Shown here piece by piece: positions 10,164 through 24,227 of a DNA stretch of 64,000 nt. Positions within the stretch are counted from its first letter, which is position 1. Every line of letters starts with the position of its first letter. The stretch spans positions 72,292,001 through 72,356,000 of the forward strand of contig OX597822.1 of NCBI GenBank assembly GCA_951406725.2, read 5' to 3'. Source of the DNA: Octopus vulgaris (lineage: Eukaryota). A program made the translations under genes and the position numbers. Under the pieces are notes generated by a model. That model saw only the letters and a list, made by a program, of their open reading frames with translations, did not search any database and had not been told where the DNA came from.

Positions 10164-11946
10164 CTGCAAAAAAAAAAAAAGGAAAAAAACCCAAATAGTT
10201 GTAAATATACGAGTAAATGTTTTACGAAATGACTTTAACTTCGTTCACGTCCAAAATAATAAGAGTCTACGTAGTGTCGCAAATCAAAGAATATATATGG
10301 ATATATTGGTATATTCGAACAGAACGGAGTCGGGAAAGTGGAATAAATATCATTAACGAAAAAAAAGAAGCTGAAGTTTATTGACTTCGGGAGTATTCCT
10401 GTGTTCTCTTTATTTCTGACTAGTTTCAAAAATTGGACGATGTTTATGTTGGCGCACCACATTTTATGGGTTTAGACGTTTACACCGAATCTCCCTATTT
10501 TATTTGCTACTTACTTTAACTACCTCCGAACAGAGAGAAAGAAAAATCGATCTTGTTGTAAAAGTAACAAGAGTGTGAAGGGACAAAACCAAATACAAAA
10601 TAATTTGGTTTACCTTTTTTTTTATATTTTCACTGATTCTACCATTTCCCATTGATAAACAAACACACATACGCATCCACACCCATGTACGCGCACACAC
10701 ACACACACACAGGCATAGGTGTGTCTGCATACGTGTATGCCGCTGTCGTATCTAAGTTCGTAAAAGCGTCACCATTTTTAAAACGAGGGTTAAAAAAGCT
10801 AGTTTATCACATATAAAACGCTTATTCAGCAGAAACACATGATAAATATCTCAAACTCTACAAAACATTAAAATGCATCACACAAGACGGCCATGCTTTT
10901 ATATTACCCTCCTTCGATATAGACTACATTATACTATTCTTTTACATTTTATTGATATTCCATTATATTTATTTTGCTACGAACGCTCGTCACACAAACA
11001 CACACACATACGCAAGCACATAATATATACACATACCTATATATAAGAACACACACTTAACACTTATAGGAAATACAAAATGTAACCATATGAGAAGCAA
11101 TAAAATGTTAGATTCTCTCCATTCTTTCCAAGTCTACGTTTCGTTTAAAAGTATTTAATAATTCATTCTTTATTGAATTCATGATTAAAAAGATTAGTTA
11201 CTACTCCATCACGCAGGCACACACACGCATAAAGACAGTAAGACTGAAAACATTTCAGATTTTACTCTGCAATTTCTCCGTATAATTGAAAAACACCACC
11301 AACGTGTAAGCCGTCTTGAGGAAACACTATTTTCTGATATGGCGATATTTGTTGATGAAATTCCAGTTCAGTATTTTGAAATAAGGGGAACGCTACTCCG
11401 CATATAATGCTTTCGTTACTAAGTGTATTGAATTATATCAGCTGTCTTGACTTTGTAATTTGCGAGACAAAACATTTTAACAGTAATGCTGTACGTTGCT
11501 AATCATATTTATAATAACTTGACCAGTTTCAAATGTTTTATAAGAGATAGCAAAGTATTATTTAAACAAACGTAACAATATTTAAAGATTATTTAAGATG
11601 TCTAGTTTTATGTGTTATCTCTCTTGTTTCAGTCATATGGCTGCGACGATACTGTAGCGTCCCGTCGGAGGGGTTTAGTCGAACAATTCGACCATCATAC
11701 TTATTCTATCGATCTCTTTTACTGAGCCACTAAGTTACAGAGACGTAAATAAATAACCGGTTGTCAAGAGGTGTGAGGGGAGAAAAATAGGCACAAACAC
11801 ATGCATGTGTATACACACACACACACACACATATTATCAGAATTTCATAGTATCAAATATCCATCATGGCTGATCTTATCAATCGGTTTCACGCAAAGAA
11901 TACAATGGAGTGTTAGGTAACAATCCGGCAGTATAACTTTACGCTC

Positions 11947-11972
11947 ATATATATATATATATATATACATAC

Positions 11973-12050
<78 letters not shown>

Positions 12051-12056
12051 GTATGT

Positions 12057-12111
<55 letters not shown>

Positions 12112-12211
12112 TATGTATGTATGTATATATATATGTATGTATGTATATATATATATATATGTATATATATGTATATATGTATATATATGTATATATGTAT
12201 ATATATATGTA

Positions 12212-12278
<67 letters not shown>

Positions 12279-12382
12279 GTATATATAGTCTGTTTTCCGT
12301 GTTCGTCACTTCGTGTATTTCCCGTTCTTTATATATAAAGTTTTATTCTATATATGTATATATATGTATATATATATATACA
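11947..12382. repeat. Compound (TA)n microsatellite array
   Basis: Direct reading. Confidence 0.95.
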
Positions 12383-13517
12383 TGATGGGTTTCCATACAG
12401 TTTCGGTTAATCAAATTCACTCAGAATAGCCCTGGTCTACCGCAGAAAACATTTTCCGATTGTGCCACGCAGTAGGACTGAACCCAAAACCACATCGTTG
12501 CAAGACCACATAGACGTGCATGCATCGTAGCTAAATGAGAAAGTATCAACCAAGTAATTGTGTTCAATAAAGCAACCACAACTGATGCTAGCTACTTCAG
12601 TTGATCGTGGGTAAAGAGAGAAGCAAAGACTATAAATATTAGAACGAAACTATATAACCCAGCCAATGGGTAAATATTAGGTCATAGCTCTCACTTGTAA
12701 ATATTCTTGACAGCAGAAGGAAACAGAAAGATAACAGAAGACTAATATATCTGGCAAGTCTCCTTCGAAAGAGAGGATTTGAAGATTATAAAATAGAACC
12801 TGAGACAGAACAAACATACTTAAATACGATTAATCAAATTGTAACGATCAGCTTCATGGCTGTTAGTTGCAGAACTAAAATCAAATTTATGTTGGTAGCA
12901 ATTATTCTTGATATTTATTCATTTTAATTGATGACCTACCATTCGATAAACAGCGTCGAAGGGAAAACATTATTTCAATTCGTATCGCATTATGTATGTC
13001 ATCAGACACTAAGGAGCAGAATTGTAAATGGTTCTACAGTTTGATTTTAACTTCAGATAAAATCCATTTAATCTAGATACTTGCAAGATCGTTTGCAATG
13101 ATGAGCAGGGGAGGGAAAACATTTATAGAATTGATTTGATCATGGCTAACTTAGAAATGGCATATGGAGAGACACCCAGAAAACTTTAGAATTCATAGAT
13201 CTATGCGTGTGGTTTGTCACATGTGACTTTTAGAGTATTGGCAGAACGAAAAAGTAATTAAATTAATGCCACAGTTCTTATTGTGTTGTTACTATATTTC
13301 GCACATTTGGCATAATGCAATGCAAAGAAATAGATTAACAACTATGATGGATGCTGTTACAGAAGTAATGTAACCCTGAACAGACAATATAAGAACTAAT
13401 ATATTATATATCTGTTTATTCACTAGTTGATTAGAGTGCCACAGTGGAAGGGAGACAGTCCGGAGATCGAAACTACATGCAGACATAGATATTTTTTCTT
13501 TATATTTATACATTGTA

Positions 13518-13749
13518 AGGCGGCGAACTGGCAGAAACGTTAGCACGCCGGGCGAAATGCGTAGCCGTATTTCGTCTGCCGTTACGTTCTGAGTTCAAAT
13601 TCCGCCGAGGTCGACTTTGCCTTTCATCCTTTCGGGGTCAATTAATTAAGTACCAGTTATGCACAGGGGTCGATGTAATCGACTTAATCTGTTTGTGTAT
13701 CCTTGTTTGTCCCCTCTGTGTTTAGCCCCTCGTGGGTAGTAAAGAAATA
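13518..13749 (+). mobile_element. SINE family B, full length, followed by a partial second copy to about 13905
   Basis: GGCGGCGAACTGGCAGAAACGTTAGCAC head, B box GAGTTCAAATTCC, body GCCTTTCATCCTTTCGGGGTC, and an AAAGAAATA tail. More than 15 copies lie in the window. Confidence 0.9.
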
Positions 13750-14120
13750 TTATTTCACCCGGCGCTACGTTCAGAGTTCAAATTCCACCGAGGTCGACTT
13801 TGCCCTTCATCTTTTCTGGGTTGATAAATTAATTGCCATGGGGTCGATGTAATCGCTTAGTTCCCCACCCACCAAATTTCAGGCCTTTTGCCTATAGTGG
13901 AAAGGATATTTATACATCGTAACTGAGTGGTCAATGAATAAATTAAACATATACATATGTGTATAACTCCAGAGGTAGGTAACAAATTATATCATGCAAT
14001 AAATATTTTTGCATTGTGAAGGGGTGATCTACTGACCATGGTGCACCAAACACAGAATAACGTAGTAAGCAGAGACGACAGCAGCAATATATATTTTCGC
14101 TTAGTATATAGCATGTTCGT

Positions 14121-14398
14121 GGAGGCACATGGCCTAGTGGTTAGAGCAACGGACTCGCAGTAGAGGGATCGCGGGTTCGAATCTCCGACCGGGCGATGTG
14201 TGTGCTCATGAGCGAAACACCTAAGCTTCACGCGGCTCTGGCAGAAGGTAATGGCGAACCTCTGCTGACTCCTTCGCCACAACTTTCTCTCATTCCTTCC
14301 TCCTACATCTTGCAGTTCACCTGCGACGGTTCCAGAAGGGGAACTTATACGCCAAGGAAACCGGCCCTTATGAGCCAGGCGTGGCTCGAGAAGGAACA
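14121..14398 (+). mobile_element. SINE family A
   Basis: A box TGGCCTAGTGG and B box GGTTCGAATC; homologous to 1413-1737. Confidence 0.85.
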
Positions 14399-15575
14399 TG
14401 TTATGGCTTTTCTGTAATAAGTTATGATTTACAATAACCCCGTATGAAATATAGTTGCTAGCAAATTTATACGACTGAAAAAAAAGTTAATTCAAACGAT
14501 AAAAATGTAATATCAACTCAAGACATAGGTAAGAAACTCTAAATATTGTTCCGGTTTAAACTTGTTTAGAAAGCTCATATAATAACCGTAGGAAATGCGA
14601 ATTTCAAACTTTTCGTTTGATTGTGTGGGTGAGACTTGAATCAATAATTGATTAAAATTAGCTTGTGGGTTCGATTCAACAGCCGCCTGTCTTCTATGGT
14701 GTTCACCAGACAGTTTAAAGGCTAATTACATTTCATTGGACCAATACGATATTAATTGCTGTAATAATAATAGCGGTTTTCTTTCATTAAGTAAACTTTT
14801 TAATACTACTAGGAAGTCCATGAACGACAAAACTTCTCACTGACCTGCAGTAATTTAAAGATCTCTGCGCTTTCAAAGTTGCTTAAGAAACATGAAAGTC
14901 TGTTTACACTCGAAAGCATCTTTGAAGATTTATAAAGTTACGAAGTTGGATGGCAGATCGCCAATTTGTTAGGGTAGAAAAACAAACGGACAAAAAGATC
15001 GGTCACTTGTTTTGTGTAATCAGTACCGTACTGTGATTAATACTAAGATAATTAACACTGATTGACCCAGCCTAGCTAACTTTTTATGTAGGTGTTACAC
15101 GAAGCATATATATATATGCGTATGAGTACCTGTTTATGCAACCGTTTGTGAACACTGCATTGAATTAAATTGCCGCAGCTTTATATAGCAATGCACTTGG
15201 TTAAAATACTTTATACTGGTTTTCCTTAGAGGGAATCGGTAAGGTTCAATGGTTGCTCTATGGCAATAGTTCTCAATCATTTTAATATCTGGAGCAGATT
15301 CAAAACCTGGATACAGCTTCGGCAAAATTTGAACTCAGAACGTAAAGATGGACGAAATGCCGCTAAGCATTTCGCCCGGCGTGCTAACATTTCTGCCAGC
15401 TCATCACCTTATTTTCACTATTAAAATTGTTTTTGGGTTCCCCTAGGTACGACGCTTGAGAGCCGCACTTGGGTCTGAAAGTGCCGCATGCAGCCCCTGG
15501 GCCACGTGTTTGACATGCCTGCTCTATACGACACCGTGGTTATTGGTCCCTGACCCACGACATATAAACAAGTGC

Positions 15576-15972
15576 ATAGGCGCAGGAGTGACTGTATGGT
15601 AAGAAGCTCACTTCCCAACCATATGGTTTCAAGTTCAGTCCCACTGCAGGGCATCTTGAGTAAATGTCTTCTACTGTAGGCTCGGGCCGACCAATGCCTT
15701 GTTAGTGGATTTGGTAGACGGAAACTGAAAAGAAGCCCGTCGTATATATAAAAAATTGTGTGTTTGTGTTTTGTCCCCCACCACCATCGCTTGACAATTG
15801 ATTTTGGTGTGTTTACATCCCCGTAACTTAGCGGTTCGGCAAAAGAAACCGATAGAATAAGTACTAGGCTTACAAAGAATTAGTCCCGAGGTCGCTTTGT
15901 TCGACTAAAGGCGGTGCCCCAGCATGGTCGCAGTCAAATGACTGAAACAAGTAAAAGAATAAAAGAGTAAAA
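15576..15972 (+). mobile_element. SINE family C, full length
   Basis: Homology to 2240-2648. Confidence 0.9.
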
Positions 15973-16514
15973 GCAAGTTTATACATAAGAGCTGCGTTCA
16001 ACGTAGCTGCGTGGAAGAAAAGCATTGGTCGACATCCAATGCATAAATTGTGAGTTTATTCTGTGAATAGTGTTTTTATTTTGTGCACCCCAGGATAAAT
16101 TGTTTGAAATGAAGAGGTTATATAACCAACTCCAGCACATTCTATCTTGTTTAGAGGATGGAGATGTGTCTTCCAATCATTTAAAATTACAGAAGACAGA
16201 TTGAAATACACATGATGTAGACACTTGAAGTTCTTGAAAACATTAAATTTAATTGGAATTAGAAATTCAGTTTTCTTTTTCTCACTTTATTCTTTCAATT
16301 CTTCTTAGATTTTCTCCAAATTCTTTCCAAATTTCCCTCTTTATCTTTATTCTCGCTGATGATATTCATTTCCTCTCCTTAATCTTTCCCTCTCATCTTC
16401 ATGATTAACATCTTCCTCCTCACTAGAATCCTGATTACACTACCACAACGGCGACGACGACGACGACCACCACCACCACCACATCCTCCTACTTCTCTGT
16501 GCTGTCCTCTTTTT

Positions 16515-17020
16515 TCTGTAGTTTCAGCTCAGAGCTATGGCCATGCTGATGCACCGCCGTTTTGCTACACTGTTATTACTAAGAGCCTCCTCTAATATGT
16601 GGCACTAGGTGAAGCATGGAGTTTGATATAGCTACCCTCATTTGCACCTCTTGCCGTGAGGTAGGTTCATCTGAGACTCTCGACAGGAAGAGGTCCAGCT
16701 TTGATTTAAAAACCCCTACATCTACTTTGTGCAAGTTCCTCAGACTCTTTGGAAGAATATTAAAAAGCTGTGGGCCCTTGAAACCCAGGCTGTTGCAGTA
16801 ACTGGTCCTGAAGCGTGATGGCATTGCTGGGACATTTGGCAGCAAGTGTCGTCCCATTCTGGCATTCGTGTAGCTTTCAATGCAAAAATTTGGCACAATT
16901 CCTTCCAGGATCTTCCAGATATATATTACTGCATACCTCTCCCGTCTTCTCTCCAGGGAGTAGAGTCTTAAATGCTTCAACCTTTCCCAGTAGCTGAGCT
17001 GTTGCAATGATACGATCTTA
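16515..17020 (-). mobile_element. 3' fragment of a second CR1/L2-group LINE subfamily
   Basis: LSYWERLKHLRLYSLERRRERYAVIYIWKILEG...SLGFKGPQLFNILPK is homologous to the C-terminus of the 5939-7285 ORF. It has the same 3' UTR motif. Confidence 0.9.
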
Positions 17021-17124
17021 TTATTGATCTTTTCTGGTTCTTCCCTCTTCGTTTTCTCCCCTACATCAATTTAGCATTTAAAAGCGCAGTCTAGAGATAC
17101 ATGAATCAACCATATGATACAATA

Positions 17125-17371
17125 TACTCTTACTCCCTTTTTACTCTTTTACTTGTTTCTGTGATTTGACTATGGCCATGCTGGAGCAGCGTCTTTAGCC
17201 GAGCAAATCGACCCCAGGAATTATTCTTTGTAAGCCTAGTACTTATCCTATCGGTCTCTTTTGCCGAACCCGCTACGTTACGGGGACGTAAACACACCAA
17301 CATCGGTTGTCAAGCGATGTTAGGAGGACAAACAGGCACACAGACATACACACACACACACACACACACAT

Positions 17372-17404
<33 letters not shown>

Positions 17405-17582
17405 CATACATATATACGACAGGTTTCTTTCAGTTTCTGTCTACCAAATCCACACACAAGGCTTTGATCGGCCCGAGGCTATAGTAAAAGACAATTGCCC
17501 AAGGTGCTACGCCGTGGGACTGAACCCGGAACCATGTGGTTCGTAAGAATGCTACGTACCTCACAGACACTCCTGCGCCTAT
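17125..17582 (-). mobile_element. SINE family C, full length
   Basis: Homology to 2240-2648, reverse strand. Confidence 0.9.
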
Positions 17583-17715
17583 ATAAACATAAACATCTAC
17601 AACATTGTTATAAAATTGTATTAATCTTCCAGTTATGAGTTCAATTCTACTTGTGGGTAAAATTCCTGTCACAACCGTTTTGGTCGTTGTTTTGATTAAT
17701 AACACTTTGTGAACC

Positions 17716-17930
17716 AAGGCGGAGGGCTCGCAGAATTGATAGCATGCCAGGCAAAATGCTTGGCAACATTTCGTCCGATCTTAATGTTCTGAGTTCAAAT
17801 CCCGCCAAAGTCGGCCTTGCCTTTCGTCCTTTCCGGGTCGATGAAATAAGTACAGGTTACAAACTGGGGTCGATGTAATCGACAAACATCCATTCCGCCT
17901 CATTTCACGCCTTGAACCTATAGTCGGGAG
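17716..17930 (+). mobile_element. SINE family B, diverged
   Basis: Homology to 13518-13749. Confidence 0.8.
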
Positions 17931-18274
17931 CATTAAATACTTTTGTGGTCCCAGCAAGGGTCTCGTTGTTGCTATTTTATTTTGATATTGTGGTGGCTAT
18001 TATTGAAAATACACGCATTTCGTCTTGGCATTGGTGTCGGCTAGATTTAAAAATAATGAACGTCAGACAGAAATTGAAGGAGACATTCATAGGTTTTAAC
18101 CCCAGAACTTAAAAGAGAAAAATAAAATACTATAATGCATTTATAGTTTGGCTACCTACCATTTCTATAATGAGAAAACGAAAAATTTCCTTTGTCTTGG
18201 TACGAGATAAATTGCTTTAGAATCAGGACATTGTTGAGCGAATTCACAGAAGGATATTATTGTTACATGGTGGA

Positions 18275-18671
18275 GATGCAGGCGTGGCTGTGCGGTAAAA
18301 AGTTTGCTTAAGGTGGCGAGCTAACAGAAGCGTTAGCACGCCAGGCGAAATGCTTAGCATTAGCAGTATTTCGTCTGCCGCTACGTTCTGAGTTCAAATT
18401 CCGCCGAGGTCGACTTTGCCTTTCATCCTTTCGGGGTCGATTAAATAAGTACCAGTTATGCAATCGACTTAAGTCCCCTTGTCTGTCCTTGTTTGTCCTT
18501 TCTGTGTTGAGCCCCTTGTGGGCAATAATAAAAAGAAGTTTGCTACTCAACCACATGGCCACGGGTTCAGTTCCACTGCGTGGCACCTTGGATAAGTGTC
18601 TTCTACTATAGCCTCGGGCCAAATAAAATCTCGTGAGATTTGGTAGACAGAAACTAAAAAAAAGACCGCTG

Positions 18672-18735
<64 letters not shown>

Positions 18736-18930
18736 CCCCACAACTGTTTGACAACCGGTGTTGGTATGTCTATGTACCCGTAATCTAGCTGCTCAGCAAA
18801 AGTAACCCATAAAACAAATACCTGACTTAAAATAATGACTACGTGGATCGATTCGTTCGATTAAAATTCTTCAAAGCAGTGCCCCAGTATGGCCGCAGTG
18901 AAATAACTGAAAGAAGTCAGAGATAAAAGA
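18275..18930 (+). mobile_element. SINE family C interrupted by a family B copy
   Basis: The head resumes after the insert at 18545, followed by the internal microsatellite and tail. Confidence 0.85.
18309..18535 (+). mobile_element. SINE family B nested in family C
   Basis: Target-site duplication AAGTTTGCT at 18300-18308 and 18536-18544. Confidence 0.9.
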
Positions 18931-19040
18931 TACTGATATTGGTTTGGCTAATGGACAGCCTTGACCCAGCCTTCGAACTGAGAATGGTGACTAATGGAAT
19001 CAATTGGTGTAAAGAATTTAGCTGCCTCAACCCCGTATAT

Positions 19041-19479
19041 CTCTTTTTCTACTCTAGGCACAAGGCCCGCATTTATGGGGAGGGGGACCAGTCGATTAGA
19101 TCGACTCCAGTACCCAACTGGTACTTAATTTATCGATCCTGAAAGGATGAAAAGCAAAGGTGACCTCGGCAGAATTTGAATTCTGAATGTGTAGACATAC
19201 GAAAAACCGTTATGCATTTCGCCCGGCATGCTAACGTTTCTGCCAGCTCGCCGCCCTAAAGTATATTCTTTTCTACTCTAGGCACAAGGCCCGAAACTTT
19301 TGGGAAGGGGTCAGTCGATTAGATCGACCCTAGAACGCCACTGGTACTTAATGTATCGACCCCGAAAGGGTGAAAGGCAAAGTCGATCTCGGCGGAATTT
19401 GAAATCAGAACGTAAAGGCAGACGAAACACCGCTAAGTATTTCGCCGGGCGTGCTAACGTTTCTGCCAGCACGCCACCT
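19041..19479 (-). mobile_element. Tandem pair of SINE family B copies
   Basis: Two head-to-tail copies (about 19041-19257 and 19264-19479), flanked by the direct repeat TCAACCCCGTATAT. Confidence 0.88.
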
Positions 19480-20080
19480 TCAACCCCGTATATATCAGGT
19501 CAGAAATGTTGAATTTGATTTTCTCAAAAGCACACGGTTTTATGCTTTGACCCTTGTATGATATGAAGCGAGGACAGTTTTATATTTGAAACTTTGGCTA
19601 CAATAAAGCATCCAGTCGTGCGAAAACCTCGAAATCGGTTAACAAAAGCTCTCAGCCAACGAATTTGTCAGTTAATTCCTTCGTCAAGTGAATTAAGGCG
19701 AATGCTATTATTCTGTCAGTGGTCCGTCAGTTAAAATATCCTGATTCACAAAGACATTACCATTCCATTAGGCACGCACTAATTTAAATACAATTATTAG
19801 AAATAAACTATGACTTTCGTTGAAACCAGTTGTCTAGCTTCTGAAATCTAAATCATACAATTAATGCATTCGGCATGTGTCAGATCAACTTTAATTTCGA
19901 TGCCTTACATTTCCTTCACTTATATCACATTTACAAAATTTAATTTCTTAAATTCTTACATTTTTCTTTCTTCTTCTCCCTTATTCAGTCTTTCTCTTTC
20001 TCACTTTTCATTTTTCTCTCTAATTGTTCTTCATTGATTCATTCCCCAGCTTTTTGCGATGCCCTTGTATTTCCCTTTCA

Positions 20081-20312
<232 letters not shown>

Positions 20313-20749
20313 TTAAACTATTCATCATTATATATCTTTTTAATATCTATACTCAATTTTGTAAAGTTTATATTGTATTATTAACCAGAAACGTTATGGA
20401 GATCTCATCTGTTTAACACAGGAGTCGACAGGCGAAACAGATGTACTCTCTGTGGGGCCTTTTGCTAATAATATAATATTTCTATACGGATATATCTCAC
20501 CGCTGGCTTGTTTGTATATATATTTCTGGTTTCCTATTTTTTGCCTCTAATAAGTAAACGCTAATGTTGGATTACTAAGATTATATACATACACACAGTG
20601 TAAAAAAGAGAACAAAATGGTTCTACGTGGTAGGAGAGGCTTTCTATTACATCGAACCCAGTGCTTAACTGATATCTATTTCATCGACCCTGATGATGAA
20701 AGGCAAAGTCGAACCCAGCGGAATTTGAACGCAAATACTCTACTACTAT

Positions 20750-20962
20750 CTGTGTTGGTCCCCCAACATCGCTTGACAACCGATGCTGGTGTGTTTACGT
20801 CCCCGTAACTCAGCGGTTTGGCAAAAGAGACCGATAGAATAAGTACTAAGCTTACAAAGAATAAGTCCTGGAGCGATTTGCTCGACTAAAAGCGGTGCTC
20901 TAGCATGGCCACAGTCATATGGCTGAAACAAGTAAAAGAGTAAAAGAGTAAAGAGTAAAGAA
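20750..20962 (+). mobile_element. SINE family C, 3' half
   Basis: Homology to the 3' half of 2240-2648, with an (AGTAAAAG)n tail. Confidence 0.85.
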
Positions 20963-20974
20963 TACAGCTTGTAT

Positions 20975-21400
20975 TTCCAATTATGGCATACGGCCAGCAA
21001 TTTCATGTACGGGATGAGTCGATTACATCGACACCAATGCTCAACTGGTACTTATTTTATCGACCCAGGCGGAATTTGAACTTAGAACTTAAAGACGGAC
21101 GAAATGTCAATAAGCGTTTTGTCCGGTGGGCTAAAGATTCTGCCAGTTCACTGCCTTATACTCTACTAAAATGTTGAGACATTTCTGAAAGCGGCGAGCT
21201 AGTAGAATCGTTAGCACTCCCAGCAAAATACTTAGCAGCATTGGGTTCATCTTTAAGTTCTGAGTTCAAATTCCACCAAGGTCGACTTTACCTTTCATCC
21301 TTTCAGGATCAATAAAATGGATGCCAGTTGAGCATTAGAGATGGATGCGATTGACATACCCGCACACCTGAAATTGCTGACGTTGTGCGAAGATTTGAAA
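20975..21400. mobile_element. Two diverged family B SINEs, head to head (20975-21157 minus; 21190-21400 plus)
   Basis: Homology to 13518-13749. Confidence 0.75.
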
Positions 21401-21454
21401 CCAATATTAAGAACATTTCTACCGTTCATTAAAATCATTAAACGTGAATATATA

Positions 21455-21900
21455 CAGGGGTTGGACAAAATAATGGAAACCCCTCGCATCATAGCATCAT
21501 GATTTTGAAATATCTGTAAAGCCTTCAAAAACTTGCTTATTTTTATGTTTTTTTTATTATTTATTATTAGTGTTGGCTTAATATGTTTTGCTAGAATTGC
21601 TGTTCCTTTTCAGATATCACCAGTATACCAAAACTTTCAGATAGGGACCGTCGGATTCTTACGCGAATTGTTAGAAAGGATCACAAGAGTACGGCGCCCA
21701 AAATTACTGCAGAGCTTAATGACCACCTCGAGAACCCAGTTTCTGCAAAGGTTGTTCGACGGGAGCTGCACAAAGCCGGATTTTACGGGAGGGCTGCAAT
21801 CAGAAAATCACTGCTTTGAAAAACAAACATTGCAAAGCCTTTAGAGTGGAATAAAAACCTACAGAATTGGTCCATAGAGCAGTGGAAAAATGTTATTCAC
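21455..21900 (+). mobile_element. Tc1-like transposon 5' fragment
   Basis: TA|CAGGGGTTGGACAAAATAATGGAAAC terminal repeat. DRRILTRIVRKDHKSTAPKITAELNDHLENPVSAKVVRRELHKAGFYGRAAIRKSLL...W..EQWKNVI matches the Tc1 DNA-binding region. Confidence 0.85.
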
Positions 21901-22223
21901 CGAAAGTAAATATTTTAAAAGAGCTCCAAAGATGTGAATCTAATATAAAAAGCAATAATTAAAAATTTTTTTATGATCAATGGCTGTAAAGTAGACAATC
22001 AATTTTTGAAAGTTAGTTCGCAAAGAGTTACCTTCCTTATCCATGTAACCCAGGAACGGTTGCTTTTCCCCCCAGAGGACCTGTTACTCATTATGCGAAA
22101 AATTTTAAGACTCTAAAACCATCCATGGCGCATAAGTAATGTATGTCCCCAGTTGGGAGGAAATCAGTTGAAAAATACGGCCGTTATCATCTTTTACACT
22201 CACACACACACACACAGAACGGG

Positions 22224-22267
<44 letters not shown>

Positions 22268-22282
22268 ATATATATATATGTG

Positions 22283-22361
<79 letters not shown>

Positions 22362-22439
22362 TTAGAGACAAAACCACTATTTTGCAAATCAAACAAGTAA
22401 AATCTGATTTTTCCCTGTAAATTTGGATTTATTCCCTAA

Positions 22440-22518
<79 letters not shown>

Positions 22519-22539
22519 GTGTGTGTATGTGTGCATGCT

Positions 22540-22725
22540 TGTGTGTCTGTCTTTGTCCCCACAGCATCGCTTGAAAACCGATGCTAGTGTGTTTACGTCC
22601 CCGTAAGTTAACAGATCGGCAACAGAGGCCGATAGAATAAGTACTAGGCTTACAAAGAATAAGTCCTGGGTTCAGTTTGTTTGACCAAATGTGGCCGCAG
22701 TTAAATGACTGAAAGGAGTAAAAGA
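22540..22725 (+). mobile_element. SINE family C, 3' half
   Basis: Homology to the family C tail. Confidence 0.8.
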
Positions 22726-23466
22726 AAAAGAACATATATGTTTGTATGTATGTATGTATGTATGTATGTATGTATGTATGTATGTATGTATGCATGTATG
22801 TATGTGAGTGTGCGCGCGTTGATATATGTATTATATACGCAACACATTATTTGTGACTAGTTTTCTTATATGTAAATGACTGTATATTAATGAAGCGGCT
22901 TTGTGCTGTTCATGCTAGATGAAGACGACCAATATCGCCAAAACATACCATTCACTGCCAATTTGTTCACTAAACGGAAAAGAAGCAGCCCCTACCCCTA
23001 AAAAGTAAATAAATAAAAATTAACTAATTTTCCCTTAAGCACCAGAATTAAAAATTTTAAATAACTTCTTAATTTATTCAAATTATCTCCTATTTTCTCC
23101 TGTGAATCATTAATGAATGCCGCGAGGATATTCTGTTTTCTGCTTTCACCAAGGAGGAAAATTTAAATTTATTGAGAATTTTTTCTTGTTTTGAGAGAAC
23201 ATCCAATTCATCTTTGATGAATATATCACATACACACACACACGCACGTGCGCGCGCGAATACACACACAGAGGTACGAGGTCACACGTGAAATTTTAAT
23301 TTTAAAAGTGGTCAGCACTGATTAAATCTGCGCTGAATGGACTTGTACGTTTTTTTTATTGACAACGGAGTGGGGGGTAATGAAGTGTTAAATGGATCCC
23401 AGCTGCAATTTGAACTCATACTGCAAAACATTTTGCCGACTCTCCAACTCTTCGGTCATTCCATCA

Positions 23467-23545
<79 letters not shown>

Positions 23546-23607
23546 TATTGTGCCCTTGGGAGAATCATTCATTTTTAGTGCCTTATCATTTAAAAAATTA
23601 AAAATAA

Positions 23608-23653
23608 GGCTGTACATGCTCATTTCAGGATTTATTCTTCTTTCATCAGCGCC
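23608..23653 (-). ncRNA. Degenerate hammerhead-like motif in a (TA)n-flanked insert (23545-23828)
   Basis: Minus strand reads ggcg-CTGATGA-aagaagaataaatcct-GAAA-tgagcat-GTA-cagcc. The stems are imperfect. Confidence 0.3.
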
Positions 23654-23825
23654 ACATCCAACCCACCAGCCATCCACGAAGGTCTTGTTTAAATACCCAC
23701 AAAATTTAGAGTTGCAACACAATTGGATAGACCAATTAGCATATTAGACATATTCCTCACTACTGGTATGTAAATATTAATTGTTAAGCAAGGACAGCAT
23801 TTTGTTTTGCAAACATAATATAGTT

Positions 23826-23931
<106 letters not shown>

Positions 23932-23933
23932 AA

Positions 23934-24196
23934 AGCGAGCTGGCAGAAACGTTGGCGCGCCGGGCGAAATGCTTAGCGGTATTTCGTCTGTTACGTTCTT
24001 AGTTCAAATTCCGCTGAGGTCGACTTTGCCTTTCATCCTTTCGAGGTCGATAAATAAAGTACCAGTTTCACACTGGGGTCGATGTAATCGACTTAATTCC
24101 TTTGTCTGTCCCCTCTATGTTTAACCCCTTGTAGTCAGTAAAGAAATATATATATAAATACATATATATCTATATACCTATCTATATGTATGTATA

Positions 24197-24227
<31 letters not shown>

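Noticed and set aside
9910-10194. ORF-track 94-aa protein as a single-exon gene with an FFPFFFFA signal peptide
   Set aside because: The Phe run is the polypyrimidine tract, there is no in-frame ATG, and the C-terminus is intron read-through.
10500-10730. Nearby hydrophobic ORF as the signal-peptide exon
   Set aside because: Its donors, including the gtaagt one after 10515, fall in phase 0. The phase-1 readings hit stops or lack an ATG.
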